DNA from: Candidatus Hodarchaeota archaeon
Lineage (GTDB): Archaea > Asgardarchaeota > Heimdallarchaeia > Hodarchaeales > Hodarchaeaceae
DNA: 21,172 nucleotides
Direction of reading: 5' to 3'
NCBI GenBank assembly: GCA_029856365.1
Contig: JAHQWW010000065.1
Coordinates: forward strand, 1-21,172
A model generated the notes under the pieces. It saw nothing but the letters and a program-made list of their open reading frames with translations. It made no database searches and was not told the DNA's origin. Both the position numbers and the translations under genes were made by a program. Below are positions 7,237 to 15,702 of this stretch, one piece after another. Positions within the stretch are counted from its first letter, which is position 1, and every line of letters begins with the position of its first letter.

Positions 7237-8925
7237 GTGTTGCCTTTTTTGAATGATCATTTCTCATCATTATTGGGAATCTACCGTACAGCCGCATTGG
7301 GTCATCCCAATGAGCTTAGTAAAGATTTATGGGGAGAAGTTCCCTCTTCCTTCCGAAAGCTGAAAACAATGATTGAACATCAACAACAAACAACTAATTT
7401 CACAGTTTTCAGCGAGAATGTTGAAGCTTTGCGGCGTCTTGCCACCGATAAGCATCGTAAAATGGGCACTTTGACTGAACGAGTGAAAGAGGCAATCGAG
7501 CGTCTGGATCAAGGTTTTTTGGACTTAGGTCATCAACCTCTTTTATTTGGTGGACCATTATTTTTAATTAACAAGGTTTCATTAGCTGAGTGGTTGGGAA
7601 ATTTGTTAAGGATAGGAACTTTTTTTTTCATTGGTGATCATGATTCAATCCAGAATGAACTAACCATTGCACGATTCCCTCAAGTAAATTCTCCTACTGG
7701 TCTGATTATCACACCATCATCTTGGGGTGTACCTGAGGGAACACCAATGCATCAAGTACCAGTTCCAGAAGAGGAGTGGTTACTAGAGATTAAACTGAAA
7801 ATTCAGGAGAATTTACGCTTACTTATGAAGATTGCAAAAGTACGTCTCGAATATCGAAAATTATTCCTGGAACGTTTTTTTTCTTGGTTCGATCTAATTT
7901 ATGATAACGCTATCACAGCTAGCAATTTTTCTTCTTGGACACAGCGGATTTGGAGCCAACTTTTCAATATTCGCAACGATCTAAGGCTGTTTCTTTGTCC
8001 CTTGAGTGATCCTCGATATCGGCAGCTTATTTTACCAGCCTTTGAGTTTTTACTCTCAGAAAACAACCGTTCCTGTTATGTGGATTCATTAAACAAGATT
8101 TATGATCAGCTGATATCTCAAAACATTCATCCAGGGCTTCCATATCGGGAAGAAGATTATGTCCCCTTTTTTCTAGAATGTCTTGAGTGTACCAATAAAA
8201 CACGAGTACAGTTACATGTATCTAGCCCAGGAGTGTTGGAGGGAGAGTGTCCTATTTGTTTAAAAAAATTCTCATTTTCTTATAACTCGAGTCATCCTGA
8301 CCTCAGTGAAATAGGCTCTCATATCACTCCCCGCTCAGACTCAAGGGCTGTAGTAAATAACTTTACTTTTCCTCTATTAACGCATATTGGAGGTTCAGGC
8401 GAAACAAAATACTATTCTGCAGTGATTCCTGCAATGAAAAGACTGAAAATCCCCCCACCAATTCTTATTCGCTCAAATAGAATTTATTACAACTCACCAT
8501 GGGCTGAAAGATCCGCTGAAAGTATAAATACCCCTATATTAGATAATAAGGTGTATTCTAATTTTAAGGAGTTCAACATTGGTAAGGAAATTCACGATGT
8601 TCAAACCACACTAGAAAAAATGAGAACTTTAATTCAGTCTAAATACGAGGAGGGAATCACTAACCTGAATACACAGCAGGAGGAGCTTAAAAACAATCCT
8701 CAAGATCATCGCTTAAGAAGTGAAATTAGAAAAACAGAGTTGATGCTTTCGCACAATTTTGGTAGATTTACTCCAGGAAAAAAAGCTCAAGAAGTTTCTT
8801 GGAATTGGTTAGATCTGGCAATTCTCACTGGTATCCATAGTATTTGCGATATTTTCCAACGGCAGCTTAAAGAGGAGGCATTTCCGGGTTACACTTGGTA
8901 TATCACAGCTGGAAAGTTTACATAA
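7237..8925 (+). CDS. bshC: BshC-like protein (bacillithiol cysteine-adding enzyme family) with zinc-ribbon insertion
   Basis: Motifs are colinear with BshC: GHQPLLFGGPLFLINK (cf. GQQAGLLTGPLYTIHK), FFIGDHD (cf. FWVAGEDHD), PLLTHIGGSGETKYY (cf. PTLAFIAGPGEINYW), a C-terminal coiled coil, and AQEVSWN (cf. PQERIWN). Length is 562 aa. The symbol denotes the family, not a proven function. Confidence 0.82.
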   Translation: MLPFLNDHFSSLLGIYRTAALGHPNELSKDLWGEVPSSFRKLKTMIEHQQQTTNFTVFSENVEALRRLATDKHRKMGTLTERVKEAIERLDQGFLDLGHQPLLFGGPLFLINKVSLAEWLGNLLRIGTFFFIGDHDSIQNELTIARFPQVNSPTGLIITPSSWGVPEGTPMHQVPVPEEEWLLEIKLKIQENLRLLMKIAKVRLEYRKLFLERFFSWFDLIYDNAITASNFSSWTQRIWSQLFNIRNDLRLFLCPLSDPRYRQLILPAFEFLLSENNRSCYVDSLNKIYDQLISQNIHPGLPYREEDYVPFFLECLECTNKTRVQLHVSSPGVLEGECPICLKKFSFSYNSSHPDLSEIGSHITPRSDSRAVVNNFTFPLLTHIGGSGETKYYSAVIPAMKRLKIPPPILIRSNRIYYNSPWAERSAESINTPILDNKVYSNFKEFNIGKEIHDVQTTLEKMRTLIQSKYEEGITNLNTQQEELKNNPQDHRLRSEIRKTELMLSHNFGRFTPGKKAQEVSWNWLDLAILTGIHSICDIFQRQLKEEAFPGYTWYITAGKFT

Positions 8926-9013
8926 ATTCCTATCGGATAACTAAAGACATCTTGTGGTTTTCCGTGAAGATGACTCTAAGCTGAGACTATGAATTGACTC
9001 TGATGAGCTAACA

Positions 9014-10270
9014 TTAAGCTTTTTCTTGCAACAATTTCCCGAGTCGTTCCATACCATCCTCTATTATTTGGGTTGATGTGTATGAGAAGCTTAATCTCAT
9101 TCCATTCGTTTTAATCCTGTTTCCATGTAACTTGGAATCAAATCTACTGATTGAGTAGCCTTTTATAGGATAAAACGCTTGACCTGGTACATAGAGAACA
9201 TCATTAGGAATCGCTACGTCTTGTAAAAACTTTGCTGAATCAAAATTTTCACTTTCCATTTGGAACCAGAAGAAGAAGCCTCCTGTAGGATTGGTTCGCT
9301 GGCCATTGGAGGGAAAATGTTCATCAATTGTTTTCTGCATTTCATCACGACGTTCTTCGTAAATTTTTAGATTATCGCCCAAGACTTGGTCAATGTACTT
9401 TGAATAATAAATTTCAAGGATTTTTTGGTTAAGGCTGGAGGTACAGAGGTCTAAATACCCTTTATCTTTAATCATAGGGACCATTATTTCTTCTGGGAGA
9501 ACCGAATAACCAAGTCGAAGAACAGCAGCCTCTTTGCTACTTGTACGTAAATAAGCGACCCATTTATTCTCTGAATCGTATTTCTTAATTGGGGGTGGAA
9601 TTTTAGTAAACTGGATTTCACGGTAAGCTGAGTCTTCGATTAGGAGAATCTCGTGTTGTGTTATCAATTCAAAGAGCTTTTTTCGTCTTTTTTCAGTGAG
9701 TGTTGTGCCTTTGGGGTTATCGGATTCTGAAACAACGTAAATAGCTTTCGGGGTTCGATTTAATTCTCTTTGACTTATTTCAATTGCTTTTTCCACATAT
9801 TCTGGAATGAGGCCGTCCATATCTGTAGGTACAGTTAACACATCCCCTCCTAATTTCGTAACTGGTACAACGAATCCCAAATATGAGGGACGAGCCATAA
9901 TAATTACATCTTTAGGCCTCAGTATTACATCTAAAATGCCATAGAGCATTTGTTGAGATCCTGTAGATATAAGGATGTCATCTAATCCCTTGGGGAGAGT
10001 TACTCCATCTTTTTCCCTCATTCTCTTTCCTAAAGTTTCTTTCAAAGAAGCCAGACCACTTGTTGGACCATAATTCAAAGTGTCAATACCATCAATGTCT
10101 AATTCGTCTGCAATTTGATAAAGAATCTTTTTAAAAGCTTCAATAGGGAGACTACCAGGTTTTCCGCCACCAAAATAATACTTAACATTTGTTAAAAGAA
10201 GACGACGGATCTCGCTTTCGGGGACAAATTCAGTCCATTCAGCTAGTTGTTCATAGTAAGGGGGACTCAT
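9014..10270 (-). CDS. PLP-dependent aminotransferase class I/II (LysN/Aro8-like, 2-aminoadipate/aromatic transaminase type)
   Basis: SEIRRLL, FGGGKP, LNYGPTSG, STGSQQ, NPKG, IEDSAY, PLP-lysine motif TSSK...LRLGY, GGFFFW, YVPGQAF and MRLSFS. Confidence 0.92.
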   Translation of the reverse strand: MSPPYYEQLAEWTEFVPESEIRRLLLTNVKYYFGGGKPGSLPIEAFKKILYQIADELDIDGIDTLNYGPTSGLASLKETLGKRMREKDGVTLPKGLDDILISTGSQQMLYGILDVILRPKDVIIMARPSYLGFVVPVTKLGGDVLTVPTDMDGLIPEYVEKAIEISQRELNRTPKAIYVVSESDNPKGTTLTEKRRKKLFELITQHEILLIEDSAYREIQFTKIPPPIKKYDSENKWVAYLRTSSKEAAVLRLGYSVLPEEIMVPMIKDKGYLDLCTSSLNQKILEIYYSKYIDQVLGDNLKIYEERRDEMQKTIDEHFPSNGQRTNPTGGFFFWFQMESENFDSAKFLQDVAIPNDVLYVPGQAFYPIKGYSISRFDSKLHGNRIKTNGMRLSFSYTSTQIIEDGMERLGKLLQEKA

Positions 10271-10614
10271 TTGAGTTTCTTCCTTTTTCTACTTTAAAAA
10301 CTAAAGAAAAACTAGACTTTAAGGGATATTCCTCAATGTAATTTATAACACTAACCCAGCGTTTACAGATGGGTGTAATTCTATCGTAATACATTCTTCA
10401 GAAGTTTCCTCTTCTAAGATCTATGGTCTTTCATTTGAACTTGAAAGAAGATAATTCATGGATTATTATTTTAAAAAACTCTCACAGCTTTCACAGAGAA
10501 AAATTCAGGTTTTTTTTTCACTAGGCCTTCCATGATGAATCTCCTATAATAAATACTAAATTTAAGAACTGTTGAATACCAAAATACAGTAACATCAAGA
10601 ATATGCCAGATAAT

Positions 10615-12318
10615 TCACATGGTATTCACTGTATTTATACCAAACATATATAGACAATTTCTCATAACATCACGGAAACATCTTACCAATAAGAGCCTTG
10701 CATTTTGCATTTCTTCATCTGATTCTCCTATAACTCTATATTTTTCATAGAATAAATTGAAGGAAGACGCGAGTTGATGAGTATATTCTGCTAAGATGTG
10801 TGGAGAATAGGATAGGGAAGCTTGTTCTAGGACATCAGGATAATCCTTTAATAATTTAATCAATGAAATTTCTTCTGGTTTATTTAGTAAACCGAAATTC
10901 ACATCCAATGATGGTTTTTTCTTTATTTTCTGAATAATTCTATTTGCTCTAACATATGAATATTGTAAATACGGTCCTGTTTTACCGTATAATGACACCG
11001 ATTCTTCAGGATAAAAAACAAAATCTTTTGATGATGCAAATTTGAGTAAAAAAAACTTTAGTGCTGCCATAGCAATGTCTTTTGCGCTTTTATTCATCTC
11101 TGATTCAGCAATTTTTCCTCTTGAGATAATTTCTGTTTTAACCATTTCTATTAATTCTTTAATTATAGTATCAGCGTCTATTACAGTTCCTTCTCTTGAT
11201 TTCATTTTTCCTTCAGGTAAAAATATCATACCATGGCTTAAATGGTAACAACCATCAGCAAATTCAAAATTCATCATCTTTAAAATTTCAAATAGGACTT
11301 GTAGATGATAATTTTGTTCACTTCCAATAACATAGATCGATTTTGAATATTTAAAATCCTCATATTTTTTCTTAGCAAGATATAGATCCTGTGTTATATA
11401 AACAGAAGTACCATCAGCCCGCAGTAAAACTTTTGTACCTAATTGTCCTCCAAGATCAACTACAATGTTTCCAACTTCATCCTTATGGAATAAATTGTTT
11501 TTCAAACCTTCCATAATGATGTCTTTCCCCTTCTCCCATAAATCACTCTCCCGATAGGTCTTGTCAAAACTGATACCAAATTTTGTAAAAGTCTCAGTAA
11601 ACCCATTTATAGCCCAATTGGTCATTTTTTCCCATAAAGCTATTGTTTCAATATCTTTAGCTTCCCATTGCTTTAATAGTTCTTGAGCTTCCTCCTCAAG
11701 TTTAGGATTTTCCTTTAATTGCTTAGAAAATAGAACATAGAAATCACCAACAAAATGATCTTCTTTCTTATCGGGTTTCCGCTTATTTCCCCATTTTTTA
11801 TATGCCAACATTGATTTACAAATATGAATGCCCCGATCGTTGAGTAGATTAACCCTTACGACATTAAATCCTTGACTCTCGAAAATTCTAGAGGTGGATT
11901 CCCCGAGGGCCATATTTCGAAGATGACCTAGGTGTAATTGCTTGTTGGTGTTAGGAGAGGGAAATTCGAGGAGAACAGTTTTTTTATTATCCTCTTTATA
12001 TCCATATTTATCCCTCTCATTCCATATTTGGCTTAAAGTCCTTTCTGTTAATATTGGAATATTGAAGAAAAAATTAAGAAAAGCACCAATTGCTTTGATT
12101 TCTCTGACTATCGAATCTTCAGGTATTTTTATTGCTTTTTCTAGCTCCTTTGCAATCAGTTGAGGAGTTTTATTAAGAATTTTACTTAATTTAAAGCAAG
12201 GAAAAGAAATATCACCGAATTTTGGATTGGGAGGTATATCTAATAACTCTGAAATCTCCTTTTCAGAAAAACTTAAAGCTTGTTGTAATAGCTGGGTAAC
12301 TGTAGATTCATATTGCAT
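10615..12318 (-). CDS. argS: Arginine--tRNA ligase
   Basis: FGDISFPCF, EFPSPNTNKQLHLGHLRN (HIGH), LRADGTSVYITQDL, YVIGSEQNYH, GKMKSREG, GKTGPYLQYSYVRA, DALR-type anticodon domain, C-terminal Met. Confidence 0.97.
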   Translation of the reverse strand: MQYESTVTQLLQQALSFSEKEISELLDIPPNPKFGDISFPCFKLSKILNKTPQLIAKELEKAIKIPEDSIVREIKAIGAFLNFFFNIPILTERTLSQIWNERDKYGYKEDNKKTVLLEFPSPNTNKQLHLGHLRNMALGESTSRIFESQGFNVVRVNLLNDRGIHICKSMLAYKKWGNKRKPDKKEDHFVGDFYVLFSKQLKENPKLEEEAQELLKQWEAKDIETIALWEKMTNWAINGFTETFTKFGISFDKTYRESDLWEKGKDIIMEGLKNNLFHKDEVGNIVVDLGGQLGTKVLLRADGTSVYITQDLYLAKKKYEDFKYSKSIYVIGSEQNYHLQVLFEILKMMNFEFADGCYHLSHGMIFLPEGKMKSREGTVIDADTIIKELIEMVKTEIISRGKIAESEMNKSAKDIAMAALKFFLLKFASSKDFVFYPEESVSLYGKTGPYLQYSYVRANRIIQKIKKKPSLDVNFGLLNKPEEISLIKLLKDYPDVLEQASLSYSPHILAEYTHQLASSFNLFYEKYRVIGESDEEMQNARLLLVRCFRDVMRNCLYMFGINTVNTM

Positions 12319-12610
12319 TTATGCCAATCACCAAGTATTTATTAGTCATCTATTCCTCTAAATCTCCTTAATTTTAACAAGATTTGCGTAGGCATCTTTC
12401 TTTCATTTCTTTATATAATCTTCAGTTAGTTTTGAAATTGCCAAGACCAATCATGGCAAGTAATAAAACCAATATATAGAAAAAAAGGAATTAAGTATTA
12501 GATATTTTAAAGCTTTCATGTCGCTTTATTAAAAATGTTTAGAGTAACCATGAGCAGTTATCTCCATGTAATCGAAGTTTCAATTATCTATGCGATGTGA
12601 GGAAGTTAAA

Positions 12611-13741
12611 ATGACGTTTCGTGAGAAATTACCCTCAATTCTGATTTACACGATCACTATTGCTGTTTTAATTGGAATAATTCTATTTATCGGACTTCAA
12701 AGATTAATCAATTACTTTACAGACCTAGATTTTGAGGGGATCTTAATGTTGGTTTTACTACTATTTCTACTGTATCTTGTAGATATGCTAATCAGAATAT
12801 ATCGATGGCAACTTTTGCTCAATATTCAAGGCGTAAAACTCCCCTATAAATCATTAACTTTCCCTGTGGTCTCAGCATTGGCAATTAATCTGTTTACCAT
12901 CGCCCGTGCTGGCGAAGCTATTCGTATGTATGCATTAAAAAGGAATTATGATACAAAATATTCTGATACACTCTCATCTATTGTCATTGAACAGGTTTTA
13001 AGCATTGTTGGCTTGCTTTTTGTGATTATCGGAAGCTTATTTTTTGTTGGTAGTACTTTATTGCAAATCGAGAATTCAGAGATTATTCTACAATTAGTAC
13101 TAATTATTTTTCTTGTCTCAGTATTTGGATTGATAATCTTGTTACTAATGATGGTAAAACCCGATATAATTGAAAAATTTTTCCATATTTTTCCTCTATT
13201 TATTGAAAAAAAACTAGATTCTGCTTATCAAGCATTTCAAGCAGGAATAAAGGGTCTCCGTTCTCAACCACTCCATCTCTCTCTTGGAATTATCACTTCT
13301 GCTTCTATATGGGTGATTGAAGGGATTATGATATATGTAATAGCAATCACTGTATTCCCAATTCTCACCCTAATAGATTTTCCTTATGTGATCGCTGCAT
13401 CATGTGTAGGAAATATCACATTCATTATACCTATTCTTCCAGGAGCAATGGGGCAATATGAGGTTATATTAGCATTAGTGCTCATAAATTCTCCAAATTA
13501 CCCAGGACACGATGCTGCTCTCATAGCTTTCATTGATCGTATTGCAAAATCTGTAATGCTAGGTATTTTTGGTGGATATGCAATACTTAGACTTGGAGGA
13601 AAGGAAATTATACGACTGAGAAAAGATTTTTTTTCAATTTCGAAAAAACCAAATGAACTTAAGAAAAAAAAGGATGTTAATGTTGAAATAGAACCCACGG
13701 AAAAGACTGATGAGAACAAACCTAGAAATAAGACTGTATAA
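12611..13741 (+). CDS. UPF0104 / lysylphosphatidylglycerol-synthase TM-region (AglD2 flippase-like) membrane protein
   Basis: About 8-9 hydrophobic segments with IRIYRWQLLL, ARAGEAIRMY, SSIVIEQ and PILPGAMGQYE motifs. The ATG at 12611 has GAGG upstream; the ORF-track alternative start is 12590. Confidence 0.88.
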   Translation: MTFREKLPSILIYTITIAVLIGIILFIGLQRLINYFTDLDFEGILMLVLLLFLLYLVDMLIRIYRWQLLLNIQGVKLPYKSLTFPVVSALAINLFTIARAGEAIRMYALKRNYDTKYSDTLSSIVIEQVLSIVGLLFVIIGSLFFVGSTLLQIENSEIILQLVLIIFLVSVFGLIILLLMMVKPDIIEKFFHIFPLFIEKKLDSAYQAFQAGIKGLRSQPLHLSLGIITSASIWVIEGIMIYVIAITVFPILTLIDFPYVIAASCVGNITFIIPILPGAMGQYEVILALVLINSPNYPGHDAALIAFIDRIAKSVMLGIFGGYAILRLGGKEIIRLRKDFFSISKKPNELKKKKDVNVEIEPTEKTDENKPRNKTV

Positions 13742-13745
13742 AGAA

Positions 13746-13752
13746 AGGAGGT
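13746..13752 (+). promoter_or_regulatory. Shine-Dalgarno sequence for egsA
   Basis: AGGAGGT lies 7 nt before the in-frame ATA at 13760. Confidence 0.7.
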
Positions 13753-13759
13753 CTTAGTT

Positions 13760-14848
13760 ATAGATTATATCCAGGAGATACATGTTCCTAGAAGAGTTGC
13801 TTTTGGACCCAAGGCTGTTCAAAGAATCCCCAGCGTCTGTAAGGATATTGGAATAAAAAAGATCAAAATTTTCAGTGGAAGAACTCAAACAAAGAAGCTT
13901 ACATCTAATGTTATCATCCCCCAAGTAGAGGGAATTTTAGACTTTTCTTATACTGTATTTCCTGAGAATGTGGACTTAAAATATCTTCATTCTCAAGCAT
14001 CTACTATTCAGGATAAACAAACATATCTCGTGGCAGTTGGAGGGGGGAAAGTTATAGACTATGTAAAGGTCATCGCACGTCTTTCTCAGACAAAATATGT
14101 AGCTGTACCCACTAATGCTAGTCATGATGGTTTTTCTAGTCCTTATGTTAATTTCCTCTTAAGAGAAGAAATTGCTAAAGAGGAAAAAAATCCAAATTCT
14201 CCCATATATACACCAGTTTCTCCGATCGCGATTGTTGGAGATACATCATTGATTAGTCAGGCTCCTAAAGAGTCATTACAAGCCGGAGTAGGGGATATCC
14301 TCGCAAAATGGGTCGCTGTGAGAGATTGGAAACTCGCTCATCGTTTAAAAGGAGAGAAATTTGATATTTACGCTGCAACGTTCTCTGAAATGACAGCAAA
14401 CATGGTTGAGGAGGGGATTAGCTCGTTGGGAAGATTTTTTTTTAGTGAAGAAGGGATTCGTGTTTTAATGAAAGCATTGGGAAGCAGTGGGGTTGCCATG
14501 TGTATTGCTGGATCTTCTCGTCCCGCTAGTGGCTCGGAACATCTTGTTAGTCATGCCTTAGATAAACTATCTAAGAAATATAACTTTCAAGTAGCTCACG
14601 GCCATCAAACAGGTATGATGGCCATTTTGATGATGTATCTTCATGGAGGTAACTGGAAACGAATTCGAGATATCCTTGTTGGAGTTGCTGCTCCAGTCAC
14701 CCTGCATGAAGTGGGAATTGAACGTGAAATACTGCTAGAAGCTGTGCTAGAAGCCCATAAAATTCGTCCAGAACGCTATACTATACTAGCTGAGGGCTTA
14801 TCTAAACAGGCTGCAATAAATGCAATTGAAATGACTGGAATCGACTAA
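13760..14848 (+). CDS. egsA: sn-glycerol-1-phosphate dehydrogenase (362 aa if started at ATA 13760)
   Basis: VGGGKVID, VPTNASHDGFSSP, AGVGDILAK, AGSSRPASGSEHLVSHALD, HGHQTG and AHKIRPERYTIL. The frame stays open upstream of the ORF-track start (13970) and encodes the family N-terminus (EIHVPRRVAFGPKAV...VCKDIG). The product call is firm; the start codon is uncertain. Confidence 0.93.
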   Translation: MDYIQEIHVPRRVAFGPKAVQRIPSVCKDIGIKKIKIFSGRTQTKKLTSNVIIPQVEGILDFSYTVFPENVDLKYLHSQASTIQDKQTYLVAVGGGKVIDYVKVIARLSQTKYVAVPTNASHDGFSSPYVNFLLREEIAKEEKNPNSPIYTPVSPIAIVGDTSLISQAPKESLQAGVGDILAKWVAVRDWKLAHRLKGEKFDIYAATFSEMTANMVEEGISSLGRFFFSEEGIRVLMKALGSSGVAMCIAGSSRPASGSEHLVSHALDKLSKKYNFQVAHGHQTGMMAILMMYLHGGNWKRIRDILVGVAAPVTLHEVGIEREILLEAVLEAHKIRPERYTILAEGLSKQAAINAIEMTGID

Positions 14849-14850
14849 AA

Positions 14851-15654
14851 TTGCATTTGATGGTCTCAGGTATTGATGAAGCTGGCCGGGGGAGTGTTTT
14901 TGGACCCCTTATCATAGTAGGGGTTACTTTGGATCAAAAATCATTGAACAGCCTTGTGAAAAATGGTCTAAAAGATTCTAAGCTTTTTTCAGGCTCACGA
15001 GGCCAAAAAAAGCGTACAGAATTAGCTTTGAAAATACAGGAATTAGCCATGGAGTCAAGAATAATAGAAATTCCTGCATTTATAATTGATAGAACACTTG
15101 ATAACCGTCCTGCAGATAATTTAAATTTATTAGAAATTCGTAATATTGGACAAATTGTATATGAACTTACGTCAAAAGAAATTACAATAGATTCTATTTC
15201 AAAGCCTCAGTACTTCAAAAAACAGCTTATAAAGCATTTAAATGGGTTAGAAAAATCTTTAACTATTAATATGGAGTTATATAAACTTGGAGTCTCTAGT
15301 TTCATTATTAGAGGAGCCAGTAGCGATATTAAAAGGATAGTGATCTCAGAGAAGGCTGATCGAAAATATCCCATTGTTTCTGCAGCATCCTGTGTAGCAA
15401 AATATATTCGGGATAAAAAATTACGAGAAATTGAGAATGAGTGGGCCCTTCCTCCATTTTGTTTAGGTCAAGGATATCCTAATGAAAAGGATTCTAAAGT
15501 GATGAATTTTCTCCAAAAATATCACGATGACATTAAAAACCACTATTTTCCATTTATTCGCTATTCTTGGTCGTGGTTACCTTTACAAAAGATTATTAGG
15601 GCTCCTCTCAAAACACTAGAAGAATTCTTAGAAGATCAGAAAAATGGAAGCTAA
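14851..15654 (+). CDS. rnhB: Ribonuclease HII
   Basis: GIDEAGRGSVFGPL, LKDSK, NLNLLE, ITIDS and KADRKYPIVSAASCVAKYIRD carry all four DEDD acidic residues. GQGYP is present, and the C-terminal KTLEEFL resembles a PIP box. The start could be ATG 14860. Confidence 0.95.
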   Translation: MHLMVSGIDEAGRGSVFGPLIIVGVTLDQKSLNSLVKNGLKDSKLFSGSRGQKKRTELALKIQELAMESRIIEIPAFIIDRTLDNRPADNLNLLEIRNIGQIVYELTSKEITIDSISKPQYFKKQLIKHLNGLEKSLTINMELYKLGVSSFIIRGASSDIKRIVISEKADRKYPIVSAASCVAKYIRDKKLREIENEWALPPFCLGQGYPNEKDSKVMNFLQKYHDDIKNHYFPFIRYSWSWLPLQKIIRAPLKTLEEFLEDQKNGS

Positions 15655-15661
15655 TTCAAGC

Positions 15662-15668
15662 TTATATA
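15662..15668 (+). promoter_or_regulatory. Possible TATA box upstream of the phosphohexomutase gene
   Basis: TTATATA in the 48-nt gap, ~35 nt before ATG 15703. Confidence 0.3.
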
Positions 15669-15702
15669 CACCAAATAATGAAGATAGCTCAGTGGACTTT
15701 AA

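Noticed and set aside
10615-13741. ArgRS plus 'LPG synthase TM' protein as an MprF/LysX-like arginyl-lipid synthase
   Set aside because: The membrane protein has only the UPF0104 TM region and no cytoplasmic aminoacyl-transferase (DUF2156) domain. Adjacency alone is insufficient.
13970-14848. ORF-track start of egsA at GTG 13970, or egsA as a truncated pseudogene
   Set aside because: The conserved N-terminal 70 aa are intact and in frame upstream with a strong SD, and all catalytic motifs are present.
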